64,000 nucleotides of DNA from Camelus ferus (taxonomy: Eukaryota): the NCBI RefSeq assembly GCF_009834535.1, contig NC_045697.1, positions 49,230,001 to 49,294,000 of the forward strand. The letters run 5' to 3'. The notes below the pieces were generated by a model. The model was not told the DNA's origin. It was given only the letters and a program-made list of their open reading frames with translations, and searched no databases. How positions within the stretch are numbered: the first letter of the stretch is position 1; every line of letters begins with the position of its first letter. Positions 12,802 to 26,100 of the stretch are shown one piece after another. The position numbers and the translations under genes are program-made.

Positions 12802-13510
12802 CACCTAGAAATGCACACTCATAATGGCTGCAGGTCTTGTTTGTGCTTTGAAGGATAAGGTTATTGCCAGCCTCATTCTGTGACACGTGAAAAATCTCGT
12901 TCAGAGGTATTAAAATAATTCTTTCACTTTCTTTATCAAAAAAATTTTCAATGGCAACTCCAAAGCATGTGTGGATGGTTAACAGAACTTGGTCATTAGC
13001 AGCTTGAGGTTTGGCTGAATATGCCAAGGTAAAATGGCCAAATCTGGCTTGGTTCAGCCCTCCAAAAGTAAATGATGTATTCTGGTTTATGCTGTACACC
13101 ACATTTTTGTAACTGTCCTCACAAGATCTTCTCAGCAACTGCAGGGCTTTTGTCAGGTAAAAATGAAAAGCTTTGAACTGGAAGCCATAGATGTAATCTT
13201 TTCGAGATTGGCCAGCCATTTTCACAGCTTCACTGAACAGACGGTAAAAGGAAGTTTGCTCTTGAGCTTCAGAAATATATGCCATCAGGGCTATTCCATG
13301 GTTATCCTTAAAACTCACAGGGAGAAAGAGCTGAGTCTTCCGAACTTCCCACTTGGCTTTTGCATTTTCCCACACATCTTCCAAAAGCTGGAGGCTTGTT
13401 TTTTCCTCCTTGAGCAGTTGGGGAACATACTTGATTTCCATCCTGTCAGTGCATTTCAGGTATTCGTCATCAAATGCATTATCTGCCATGTCTAATATTT
13501 CAGCCTTTAC
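12802..13510 (-). CDS. ART3: ART3 main exon (709 nt), ecto-ADP-ribosyltransferase domain
   Basis: ORF 12746..13516 reads VKAEILDMADNAFDDEYLKCTDRMEIKYVPQLLKEEK...TCSHYECAFLG, recognisably ART3. Acceptor ttcctttgaag|GTAAAG and donor GGTG|gtaagt. Confidence 0.97.
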
Positions 13511-14399
13511 CTTCAAAGGAAAAGGAAATTAATACTCTTGAAATAAAGATATTTAGTATATATTATTTTCTCTCACCCTACTGCACCCATCCTGTCATGC
13601 CTTGCCAAGATTCTCTCCCTTGCTTACAGTGAACTTTGGATATGTTTTTTACACAGGAAGTATATTCCACTGCTAGTGATAACTTCTCTCAGCTGTGACC
13701 TATTTGTATGAAAGAGTATGTTAGCGGGTGAGAAGTGTACGCATGACCACGCCTGTAGCTCACTCATCTGAACCCTGTACAGATACAAAGGAGAGAATAA
13801 TGGGTGTGAAACTGAAGACATGGGTGGCAGTCCTGGTTTTTTTTTAAACAATATTCTTAGCTAGATTTCCTCAACCATTCAAGATTGCTGAGTGAATATG
13901 AAAAATCTTGTGTGAAATACTGTACATGATGGATACATACATAATGGCAAATATTATGCCTTTTTCTTTGAGGACATCCACTCCCTTGTCTGTGTGGTTT
14001 GGCTAGGACTGATTCTGCATCTTCAGCCCGTATGATAAGCAGTGATGAAGGTTTACAAACCAGAGCACTCTCAGAAAAACAAAAGGCTTTCTTTCCCAAT
14101 AACCATAAGCTCTAACGATAACTATTGCCTTGGATCAGCCAATTGTTATGCTTTTGGTTCCATGGAGAATCCTGTTTGCAAATAAAACCAACAAAGAGGT
14201 TTGCAGAGCTGAGGTGGAGAGAGATGAGGCCCTGATAACATTACTTAAGGCCTGAGTCTAGCTGTACCTGAAGACTATATTTTACTTGTTATAAGAATCA
14301 ATAAATTCCCTATTTACCTGAGCTAGTTTCAATCATCATTCTGTTATACACAACTGGAAAAGGCCTAATGCATCCTTAAACTATACACATAACGTAAGA

Positions 14400-14660
14400 A
14401 GCAGGGTGGTGTAGTGTAATTAACACTAGCTTGGAGCCAGACAGATCTGGGTTCAAATTCCACTTGTTACTAACTAGGTACTAATTACTTATGGGAAAGT
14501 TACTTAACATGTCTGAGTTTCAATTCTTTTCATTTAAAAAAATGAGGATTAAGTGAGGAAATAGTACCTTAATTGCAGGATTGCTGTGAGGATTAAATGA
14601 TACAATGAATATATGCAAAGTCCTTAGCCCCATGCCTGGCACACATCAAGCCTTTAAGAA
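14400..14660 (+). mobile_element. MIR SINE
   Basis: ggagccagacagatctgggttcaaattccac...gttacttaac...gtgaggattaaatga...tgcctggcacaca. Confidence 0.8.
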
Positions 14661-14702
14661 GCTGTGGTTATTTTTTATCATTTCATAATAGAAATATAAT
14701 GT

Positions 14703-14850
14703 ACAGCCATCCCTCAGTACCCAGGAGACCCCAATGATATCAAAATCCAAAATGCTCAAGTTTCCTGTAAAAGTGGTGTAGTACAATGAGAACAGTCGGC
14801 CCTCCATATCCTTGGGGCCATGCATGTGTGGATATGGAGGACAGACTGTA
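14703..14850. mobile_element. Tigger-family MITE
   Basis: TA-flanked, with imperfect terminal inverted repeats tacagccatccctcagtacc ... gatatggaggacagactgta. Confidence 0.55.
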
Positions 14851-16139
14851 TTCTACCGTAAGTTTCTCAAGGACAGGATATGTATCATATTTACCCTTTG
14901 AATGCCAAGCTTCTAGTATAGCAAAATATTCAGGTGAACTAAATAAGAACTCTGTGCTCTGGCCTATGGGTCAAAACACAAGATGAGCAAACCTGCTTGC
15001 TCAGAGACACCATCTAAGGGTTTCTACAAATTAAAGGGTGGGAACTTCCGTATCACTGACTCCTTCCGCTGCTCTATACTTGTATGGTATACTGATTGCA
15101 TAAGCTGCAACCTCAGTTGGAGACTTTATACAAACTCTTAGCCAGGACCTGTTAAAGTTGTAGGCTCCAAGTGAATGATTCTCGAAGTGCGCGGGTATGG
15201 TGGGGAGGAAAGCAAGGTGGAGAATCAACTTTAGAAGGAAAGTAAAACTTGATCCCATATCCCACACTATCTCCTTCCCACTATCTCTCTTCTCTCGTCA
15301 GAGTCAAACTTCTTCAAAGAGATATCTATCTTTGCCATCTCCATTTCATTTCCACTCCTATCTCAACCCTCTTCAATCTGGTTTCCAACCTCCATTCCTC
15401 CATCCAAACAGTGCTCACTAAGGGAACATTTCTTAGACTCCTCTGCAGATCCAGCATATTCTAGTTGGCCATTAAACACTGGAGTTTCTCAAGGCAACTT
15501 ATTTTCTAACTCTCAATTCTACTGTTAGGCAATTTTATAAATGCCCATAGTTTCAACTATCATCTAACTACCTCTGACTTGTCCTGTAAGTGCAAGAACT
15601 GTACATCAACTGCCTACTTAATAACTCCACTTGAATTGCTCAAAGACTTTTCAAACAAAATAGTCTAAGACCAAGACCAAATTTAGAATCTTACTGTCTC
15701 CAACTGCCACTAACTTCGTCCTTATATAAAACCATATATTCATTTGTAAGTGAAGTAAGCCAGAAAGAGAAAGAAAAATACCATATGATATCACTTATTT
15801 GTGGAGTCTAAGAAAAAAGACACAAATGAACTTAGCTACAAAATAGAAACAGACATAGAAAACAAACTTATGGTTACACCAGGGGATAAATGGCTTGGGA
15901 AGGGATAAATTGGGAGTTCGAAATTTGCACCTCTTTGGGAGTGATGGAAATGTGAGGTATCCTGATTGTGGTGGTGGTTTCATAGGTGTATATACCTATC
16001 AAAATTCATCAAATTGTACATCTGAACTATATGTCATTTACTGTACAGAAATTATACAATAAGGTTTGTGAAATTTTCTTAGATTTCTCCTTCTCAGTCA
16101 CCCACTGTGGCCACTCCATCATTAAGTCCTAAAAATTTT

Positions 16140-16350
16140 TACAGAGTGCTTTCTATATATGAAGCACTAAGTGTTCATATATATTAACTCATTTAATCTT
16201 CATGGTAACCCTGTGAGGCAGGTAGTAGGTACTATTATTAGTCTCCTTTTTAGGGATGAGGAAAACTAAGGCACAGAGAGACTGAGTTACTTGTTTAGAA
16301 CTGAATTTGAACCCAGGAAATCTGGCTCCAGAGTCTGTTGTCTTAACCAA
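16140..16350 (-). mobile_element. MIR SINE
   Basis: ctcatttaatcttcat...gatgaggaaaactaaggcacagaga...atttgaacccagg...ctggctccagagtc. Confidence 0.8.
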
Positions 16351-17199
16351 AATGTTGTGTTTCTAATGATGAAGACCACTGACATTTACATACAGCACTT
16401 TTAAAAAAATTAGTTGAATTTCAACCTCATAACAACCCTTATAAAAGGTTGGGTAGACAATCCATAACACCATTTTACAAGCATTGGAATTGGGCCAACA
16501 TCAAAAACTGTCTTGATTATCAGCCACAGAATATTCTGCTGGGGAACTTATTGAGAACCCTGAACTCCTGGGTCTGTAGGTCAGTTTCTTGAAGTGGCAA
16601 TTTGAGCTTTAGAAGATCAAATCATTGCCATCTCCTAGCCAAGAAATGCACATTACTCTGCAGCACAGAATGTACCAGGGTGCATCTTGTGCACCAACGC
16701 CTAATTTATCTTCAAGACTTCAACATATTATAAGACATCGTACCCTGAAATCACCTCCCACATTCCTCACATCGTATCAAGAGTTGATCCAATATGTCCC
16801 TGTCTTTTCCCCTGTGCTTCTAGCCAGTCTCCACACATCTAATTTTAGGCATCAAGCCTTTCTGGCCCAATGCCACAGTTGATTGTGTGTTCTGTACAGT
16901 GAGTGCCTTGAACAGTCAAAAAGTTTACAAATGCCACAATCATTTAGGGAAAACTGAATGGACAGTTAAGGACAGGTACAAAGGTGAACACACTGATTAT
17001 ATTTTCTTCCTCTGAGTTATCCACTGAAATAAAAGCCCATATGGATGAAATTTCAATTACCAAAAATTTATTACAAAAATGTGAAAATGACCTAAATGGT
17101 TAAAAAATAAATTGGTTAAATTATGAAACATTCATAAAATAAACACATCAAAATTAAGTTGCAAAAGAATATTAAAAAGGCAGATCAAAACTACTGCAA

Positions 17200-17935
17200 G
17201 ATATTAACTCACACTCATTAGTTTGGCTATAAAGATAAGGGGAAAAAAGGAAAACAGCAAGCGCTGGCAAGGATGTAAAGAAACTGGACCTTCACACATT
17301 TCTGTATAAGTAATGTAAAATGGTGCAGTCACTGTAGAAAACAGTTTGGCAGTTCCTCAAAATGTTAAACATAGAGTCTCCACATGACACAGCAATATCC
17401 CTGCTGGGTATATACCCAAGAGAACTGAAAACGTATGTTTGCACAAACAAAAATCCGGATCTGAAAGTTCGTGAAAGGACTATTCATTCCTAAGAACCAA
17501 AAAGTGGGGCCAACCCAAATGTCCATCAATTAATGAATGGATAAACAAAATGTGGCATCACCATGCAATGGAATATTATTAATCTATATAAAAAGAATGA
17601 AGTACTAATACTACAACTACAACATGGATAAATCTTGAAAATGTTATGCTAAGCAAAAAGAGCCACACAAAAGGCTACATATTGTATGATTCCATTCAGA
17701 TGAAATGTCCAGAATACCCAAAACCACAGAGACAGAAAACAGATTAGCGGTTACTGGGCAAATGCAGAAGGAGGGAACTGGGACTGACTGCTAACAGCTA
17801 CAGGTTTTCTTCTTGGGGATGATAAGAATGTCCCATAATGACAATAGTGATGGTTGCACAATATAGTGAATATACAAAACCCACTGAACTGTACACTTTA
17901 AAATGGTAAATTTTTATATGTGTATTATACATGAA
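17200..17935 (+). mobile_element. Old L1 (L1MB/MC-like) 3' end
   Basis: gtaaaatggtgcagtcactgtagaaaacagtttggcagttcctcaaaatgttaaac ... ccactgaactgtacactttaaaatgg. Confidence 0.8.
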
Positions 17936-18713
17936 ATGTTTATAAGTCACACTGCAGACCAAGTAACAGAATACACAATGATTCTATAAATAATAGATCA
18001 GAATATTAAATTCAAAATGGATAAAATTTTAAGAATTTAACACATTTTAAAGAAGATACACCAAGTCAGTGGACAAATACTCAGTAGTGATGTGACAGCT
18101 AACAAGGTGGGGAAAACAAACCAAGTGAGATATCTGGCTTCTATTCTACATAAAAAAATGTTACAGAATGTTTAAATAGTCTATTGCAAAAAATAAAATC
18201 ATAAAAGTTCTATCAGAAAAAAAGAATACTGAATGTAAGAAAATGGTCATTATACAGTTTAATGGAAAACATGTAAACAAACATTGCAGTGCCATCTTAT
18301 CTAGAGAAAAATACATATTTTTCAGAATATTTGATGGCACAGACAGATACCTGTAGCACAGTATTAACTTAAAAAGGTTAAAAAAATACTATGTATAGTG
18401 TGAATCCATTTTTGTAAATTATAAACACAAACACATAGGAAAAAGCTAAGAAGAATATACACCAACAAATTAGGAGTCTCTCAGGGTCAGAGGGATTGTG
18501 GATAATTTTCACTTTCCTCTCTTGGCTTAATTTTAATTTTTCAATGTTCTACAGTTAACATGTATCAATGTATAAAAGAGCTACTTGTAAAACAACTAGT
18601 TTACCTATTCCATCTGTTGTCATTTTCATCATTAACCCACACAAATGCCTCAGGCAACATTATATCAAGCGTTCCCATTCCAGTGACCACATGCTTCCCA
18701 TTCCTAACATTAC

Positions 18714-18782
18714 CTGGAAGATGTCCATTAGAATCATAGGTGCCAGCAGCACAGTAACCACTGCAAAATATCCTGTCTTCAT
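18714..18782 (-). CDS. ART3: ART3 first coding exon: signal peptide MKTGYFAVVTVLLAPMILMDIFQ (exon 18714-18791 including 9 nt of 5' UTR)
   Basis: Minus strand reads ttttaatttag|aagagaaaaATGAAGACAGGA...TTCCAG|gtaatg. Human is MKTGHFEIVTMLLATMILVDIFQ. Joins VKAE in phase 0. Confidence 0.95.
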
Positions 18783-18874
18783 TTTTCTCTTCTAAATTAA
18801 AATGAAGGAATTCCAAGTTAGGAGATCTTTACAAAAAGGTTTAGGGAAGTAGAACAGGATGATGTAATATGTAT

Positions 18875-18877
<3 letters not shown>

Positions 18878-18925
<48 letters not shown>
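18878..18925. repeat. (CA)n microsatellite
   Basis: Pure CA run of about 24 units, just upstream of the first coding exon. Confidence 0.95.
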
Positions 18926-18928
<3 letters not shown>

Positions 18929-20000
18929 TTTTTCATTCTAGATAAGAGTGGATATCATGGTGGTTAGGAAGTTATTATTAATAAATTTCCAATGGCTAAA
19001 AGGGCCATTAGGTTTTGTCTGTTGTCTAACACCCTCATTCTACAGATGAGGAAACAAAAAGCTCAGAGGACTTCAGCAATTTGCTCAGGATTAAATCTGT
19101 CCATTTCTATTTTCCTCTAGACATGTTGTTTCTCCCACCATAGTCATTAGTAGTCATATTTTCTTCCTATCTCTAAACCTCCTCTCAGCATACACAGGAA
19201 ATCACTAAAAAACAACCATTTCAAATTGGTCCCCTAGCTCCCAGGTTCCAAGAATTCTCCAGGAGTTAGTATCTACGCACACCATCCATTCTTCTATCCT
19301 CTTTGCAAACCAAGTTATGCCCATTTGAGTAGGGTGGAGGCCAGCAGTGGTAAAAACTAGGTTACCCGAGGGGGTCTTCTTCTTCCAAATACTCACATTT
19401 AAGAGAAGCCAAAGATAAAACAAGTGTTTCGCATAACATTCTGAAGGCAGGAATGAGAGTAAGAAGGAACTGGGCAGGTAGCAATTCTAGTAAGATTATA
19501 TAACTCTGTTGGCTGAATGTCCAATATTCATCCCCTTGTTCATGAGATGGAAACAGACAAACAGAAGGGCAAGAGGCCCTCAAGGGCTAAAGCTATCCCA
19601 GAGTCATTAACCGATTCAATTTAGGGTTGGTTTATAATTCTTGCCATGCACCTACAACAAGGTTCACATTACTGGAACTGAAATCTCTTTTTTATCCTAC
19701 CAATCACCATATTCTGGCATCTGAAAGTGGGGATGAACAGCACAGGGGAAAGAAGATAGTCTTCCCTTTGGCCCCAGATTCCCATCTTCTTTTAGGAGCA
19801 GTTTATTTCACTAAATGTACTAAAAGATAGTACCAAAATGCCACTTTTGTGTTAAATTACCCTTTATAAAAAAGATTTGGAATTTAATACTTGACAAATA
19901 ACTGTTACAAGGCAGTATATGCCAAGCAAGCTCCAAATCAGGATTTTCTGGGAAATTCTTCACTTCTGTAGAATGAATGTAAATAAGTCAAAATGTTTAC

Positions 20001-20110
20001 CTGGCTTTCTGCCTGTGGAGAAGGTTTAAATGATGCTAGGTCTCAAACTGTTTCCCCACTCTCTCAGTTGTGGTGAATGTGCCTTCAGGATGGGAGGTTG
20101 TTGACACTGA
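20001..20110 (-). other. ART3: Probable non-coding first exon of ART3 (5' boundary approximate)
   Basis: Donor GCCAG|gtaaac at 20001/20000. No ATG in the exon. TATA box about 25-30 nt upstream. Non-repetitive sequence 1.2 kb from the ATG exon. Confidence 0.6.
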
Positions 20111-20133
20111 GAGCTGAGAAGGGAATGCTTTTC

Positions 20134-20202
20134 TTTTTATAAACACCCCCAGCAGTAGCTTGGCAGTGGCACATTACCCCATTTGTGTTCTGCTATTTAT
20201 AT
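20134..20202 (-). promoter_or_regulatory. Putative ART3 proximal promoter: TATA box and MEF2-like site
   Basis: Minus-strand TATAAAAA at 20141-20134. CTATTTATAT at 20193-20202 is one mismatch from the MEF2 consensus YTAWWWWTAR. Confidence 0.5.
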
Positions 20203-23038
20203 CTGGCCCCCACACTATCCCTTGGAATCACTACTGTTAACACATGAAATCTCTAAGAGGCTTGTAAAGCCACAGAAATTTCCTCTAACCACATAGCATG
20301 TTTAGTTCTGAGCCCTCAGTTCTGGGCTTCTCAGAGAGTGATCACTTCCCATTCCTAATCCTTTGACTCTTTGACTCTGAGATGTCAAACTAAAGCAAGG
20401 CTTTTACCTTAGCTAGATGGTTCACAGAACAAAGGGGACTAGCTGTGTTAATCACTGCCAATGGTGACGGCTATTACCATTCACTCCATCAGCTTACTGT
20501 ATTGTAGGTACTGTGCCAGGTGCTGGGATACGCAAGCAAGTAAAATAAAATTGGAAAGCACTCAGTCCAGTGAAAACCATGCATGTGCATACTTAACCAG
20601 AATACATGTTAAGAATCTTAAGTATAGGCAAAGTCCAGTGAAACATCTATCGAATGGAAGAACTTGGTTAATACCTGCAACTACAGCTCTCATTCGAATA
20701 AGGTACATCTAGTAAATATATTGACCGCAACACTGAAGAATACTTAACAGTTCACTGACTATGGATAAGAAACTATGAAATGTCCTAGGAAATTCATGCA
20801 TATGTACACCAAGTTAATAGAATGTATCATATATAGTAGCAATATTCATAAAAGCCCCAAATTGCAAACCACCCAAATGCATATAAATAGTAAAATGGAT
20901 AAGTTGTGGTATATTCAAACCATGGAATTTTGCATAGTATTAAAAATGAATAAATTCTAACCATATATAATAAATGTGCGTAAGTTCCACAAATTTTGAG
21001 CAAAAGAAGAGATACAAACAAGTATATACCACATGATTTAATTAATACGGAGTACAAAATCAAGCAAAACACATCTACAGCATTACCCCCATCCCTGGCA
21101 ACCACCAATCTCTTACTTGTATCTATGAGCTTGATTTTTTGTTTCTGTTTTTAGATTCCACATATCAGTGAGATCATGTTATTTGTCTTTCTGTGTCTGA
21201 CTTATTTCATTTGGTATGCCCTCAAGGTCCATCCATGTCAGAACAGTAGTACTCTGAATGGGAGGTAGTAACTGGAAGAGACACAAGGCGAGCATCTGGG
21301 ATGCTCGTTAGGTTGTTTTTGGTTCTGGGTGTTAATTATACTGATGTATTCAGCTTATGAAAATTCACCAAGCTATATACTTACATGTATTTTCTTCTCT
21401 CTGTGTGTACATACACAACTACTCAATGAAACATTTTAAACTGTCATGAAGTGAACCCACTTCTACAAAGCCCATCTAAACTCTTCAGACTCTTCCAGAC
21501 CTCTAGCCTCTGCCCACTTCACTGGCTAAGAAATTTAAGATTAAAAACACTGAACAGACTCTCAGCAACTGCACCATTTTAAAAAACAGAGTTTGGTTAG
21601 AAAGGAAAAAGAGTTTTCACATGTTTTCAGGCCTTATGTTCGCACTGACTTGCATTTACGTCCCAGGTATGTGGGCCTACAGGGAATGCAGTAGGGGGAT
21701 TTACCTGTATTTGGCCCACTAAAGCCTATTAGATTCATCAATATATCACACACAAGACTGAGTCTAACAAACAAACACTGCAAGAAGTTCAAGGTAAGTT
21801 TGGCCTTATTTATTCTCAATATGCTTTTGCTCCATTCTTGTTTACTTCCAGAAAAACATAATGACTTGATATTTGTATATATTGTGAAATGATCACCACA
21901 ATTAAGTCTAGTTAACATCTGTTATTATATCTAGTTACAAATTTTTTTTTCTGATGAGAACTTTTAAGATTTAGTCTCTAGCAACTTTCAGATGTGCACT
22001 AGAGTATTATTAATTACAGTTGCCAATTCGATCCTCATAACTTATTTTATAGCTGGGACTTTTGTACCTTTTGACTCTCTTCCCCTTTTTTGCCTAACCC
22101 TCATCCCCACCTCTGGCAACCACCAATCTCTTCTTTGTATTTATGAGCTTGATTTTTTGTTTCTGTTTTTAGATTCCACATATAAAATCATATGTTATTT
22201 GTCTTTCTCTGTCTGACTTATTTCACTTGGTATAATGCCCTCAAGGTCCATCCATTGTTACTACAAATGGCAAGAATTCATTCTTTTTTATGGCTGAGTA
22301 ATATTCCACTGTGTACATATGTACCACATTTTCTTTATATATATTCATCCATCAGTAGGCACTTAAGTTGTTTCCATATCTTGGCTACTGTAAATAATGC
22401 TATAAAGAACATGGAGTTGCAGAAATATTTTCAACTGAATGTTTTCATTTTCTTTGGATAAACACCCAGAAATGGAAATATTGGCTCATATGGTAGCTCT
22501 GTTTTTAATTTTTTGAGGAAGCTGCATACTATTTTCCATAGTGACTGTATCAATTTACATTCCCACCAATAGTGCACAAACATTCCCTTTCCTTCACATC
22601 CTCTCCAACATTTGTTCTTTCTTGTTTTTTTGATAATAACCATCGTAACAAGTGTGAGGTGACATCTCATATCTCGTGGGTTTGTTTTGTGTTTTTAATT
22701 TTCAGCAAACCACTCAATTCTTTTTCTTCTAATTGAAGTACAGTTGATTTAAAATCTTGTGTTAGTTTCTGTGTTATGTGTTAGCATAGTGATTCAACTT
22801 ATCCCTCCCCCTCTTTCCCTTTTTGTTACCATAAGTTTGTTTCTATGTCTGTGAGTCTGTTTCTGTTTTGTAAGTAAGTTAATTTGTGTCATACTTTTAG
22901 ATTACATATAACTAATATCATGTAATACTTGCCTTCTTCTCTCAGACTTACTTCACTTAGTATGATAATCTCTAGGTCCATCCATGTTGTTGCAAATGGC
23001 ATTATTTCATTCTTTTTATGGCTGAGTAGTATTTCATT

Positions 23039-23134
23039 ATATATATATATATATTATATATATATAATTGGAATATATTACATATATACATTATATATAT
23101 AATGGAATACTACTCTCTCTATATATATATGTGA

Positions 23135-23174
<40 letters not shown>
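23039..23174. repeat. (TA)n/(TG)n microsatellite complex
   Basis: Visible dinucleotide runs. Confidence 0.9.
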
Positions 23175-23176
<2 letters not shown>

Positions 23177-26100
23177 TATATTCTGGAAGTTAAGCCCTTG
23201 TCAGCTGCATCATTTGCATCACTGTGGTATATATGTATACCATAACTTCTTTATCCAATCATCTGTCAATGGACATTTAGGTTGCTTCCATGTCTTGACT
23301 GCTATAAATAGTGCTGTTATGAACACTGGGGTGCACGTATCTTTTCAACCTGGAGTTTTCTCTGGATATATGCCCAGGAGAGGGATTGCTAGATCATATA
23401 GTAACCCTATTTTTAAATTTTTAGGTAATCTCCATACTGTTTTCCATAGTGTCTGCACCAAATTACATTCCTACTAACAGTGTAGAAGGGTTCCCTTTTC
23501 TCCACACCCTCTTCAGCATTTACCATTTGCAGACTTTGATGATGGCCATTCTGATTGGTGTGAAGTGATACCTCTTTGTAATTTTGATTTGCATTTCCCT
23601 GATGATTAGTGATGTTGATCTTTTCATCTGTCTGTTGGCCACCTGCATGTCTTCGAAAAAATCTCTCTTCAGGCATTCTGCTCATTTTTTATTTGGACAG
23701 TTTTTTTTCTTATTGAGTTGATGAGTTCCTTACATATTTTACATATTAACCATTTATCATATGTATGGTTTGCAAATATTTTCTCCCATTCAGGCTGTCT
23801 TTTCATTTTTAGATGGTTTTCTTTGCTATGCAGAAATTCTTGATTTGGTATAGTCCCACTTGCTGATTTTTGCTTTTGCTGCCTAGGCTTTTGGTGCCAA
23901 ATCCAAAAAAAATCACTGCCAAGACCAATGTCAAGGAGCTTACCACCTATGTTTCCTCTAGGAGTTCTATGATTCAGGTCTACAAATTTTAAGTTAATTT
24001 TTGTGTATGGTGTAAGATAGTGGCCCAGTTTCATTCTTTTGCATGTGGCTGTCCAATTTTCCCAACAACATTTACTGAAGAGATTGTCCTTTCTCCATTG
24101 TATATTGGCTCCTTTGTCAGAAATTAATTGACCATATACACATGGGTTTATTTCTGGGCTTGCCATTCTGTTCCACTAATCTATGTGTCTGTTTTTATGC
24201 CAATATGATACTGTTTTAATTACATCTTTATAATACAACTTGTAATCATGGAGTGTGGTGCCTTCAGCTTTGTTCTTCTTTCCCAAGATTTCTTTGGCTA
24301 TTTGGGGTCTTTTGTGGTTCAATACAAATTTTAGGATTTTTTTGGTATATTTCTGTGAAAAATGCCATTAAAATTTCAAAAGGGATTATACTGAACTGTA
24401 GATTGCTTTGGGTAGTATGGACATTTTAACAACATGGATTCTTGCAATCCATGAGTACAGAATATTTTCTTCTTCCTCTGAATCTTCTTCAACTTCTTTC
24501 ATCAGTGTCTACAGTATTCACCTCCTTGGTTAAATTTATTCACAGATATTTTGTTATTTTTGATGCAATTACAGATGGGATTATTTTATTTCTCCTTTTG
24601 ATAGTTTGTTATCAGTGTACAGAAACACAATAGATCTCTGTATTGATGTTGTATCTTGCAAATTTACTGAATTTATTAGTTTTAACTTTTTCTGAGGAGT
24701 CTTCAGGGTTTTATCATGTCATTTGCAAACAGTTACAGTTTTACTTCTTCCTTTCCAATTCACTTGCATTAATGTCTTTTTTTCTTGGTGGACTGCTCTG
24801 GCTAGGATTTCCAATACTATGTTGAATAAAAGTAACAAGAGTAGACATCCTTGTCTTGTTCCTGATTTTAGAGGAAAAGCTTTCAGCTTTTCACTACTGA
24901 GCATGGTATCAACTGTGGGCTCATCATGTATAGCCTTCATTATGTTAAGGTACATTCCCTCTGTATCAACTCTGTGGAGAATTTTTAGCAAAAATGGGTA
25001 TTAAGTTTTGTAAAGTGCTTTTACTGCATCTATGACAATGATCACACGATTTTTATCCCTCATTTTGTTAATCTGGTTTATCACACTGATTGATTTGTGG
25101 ATGCTGAACCATCCTCGCATCCCTGGACTAAACCCAACTTGATCATGGTGTACAATCCTTTTAATGTATCTTGGTTTGCTAACATTTTGTTAAGGATTTG
25201 TGTATGTTCATCAGGGACACTAGCCTGTACTTTTCATTCTTTGTTGTGTCTTTGTCTGGTTTTGGTATCAAATTATGCTGGCCTATAAAATGAGTTATGA
25301 GCTTGGAAGTGTTCCCTCCTCTTCTATTTCTTGGAAGAGTTTGAGAATGACTGGTGTCCACTCTTTTTCAGATGTCTGGTAGAATTTGCCAGTGAAGCTA
25401 TCTGGACTTTAATTTTGGGGATGCTTTTAATTACTGATGCAATCTGCTTACTAATAATCAGACTATTCAGATTTTCTATTTCTTCCTGATTCACTCTTAG
25501 AAAGTTGTTTGTTTCTTGGAATTTATCCATTTATTCTAGGTTGTCCAATTTGTTGGTGTCTATTTAGTTTGTAGTAGTCTCTTAGGATCCTTTATATTTC
25601 TGGGGTATCATTTGTATGTCTCCTCTTTGATTTCTGATTTAATTTATTTGAGTCTTCTCTTTTTTTCTTAGTGAGTCTAGCTAATGGTTTGCCAATTTTT
25701 TTTTTTATAAACAGCTCTTGGCTTCATTGATCTTTTCTGTTGTCTTTGTCTCTTTTCATTTATTTCTGCTATGCTATTTCTTTCCTTCTCCTAACTTTGG
25801 GCTTTATTTGCTCTTCTCTTTCTAGTTCTTTGAGGTGTTAAGTTAGGTTGTTTATTTGAAACTTTTCTTATTTCTTGCAGTAGGCATTTATTACTATGAA
25901 CTTTTCTCTTATAACTGCTTTTACTGCATCCTATAAATTTTCATATGCTGTATTTCCACTTTTGTTTCTCTCAGGTTTGCTTTCAACTTCTTTTTTACCT
26001 ACTGATTTGTACAGGAGCATGCTGTTTAAGCTCCACATATTTATCAATTTTCCAGTTTTCTTCTTATAGTTCCATGCCACTGTGACTGGAAAAGACACTT

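Noticed and set aside
13163..13495. 110-aa antisense ORF over ART3
   Set aside because: A shadow ORF of the coding exon with no recognisable similarity.
12746..13516. ORF-track 256-aa protein as a complete single-exon gene
   Set aside because: The start is a TTG in the intron and the tail after FLGG is intron read-through. The true exon is 12802-13510.
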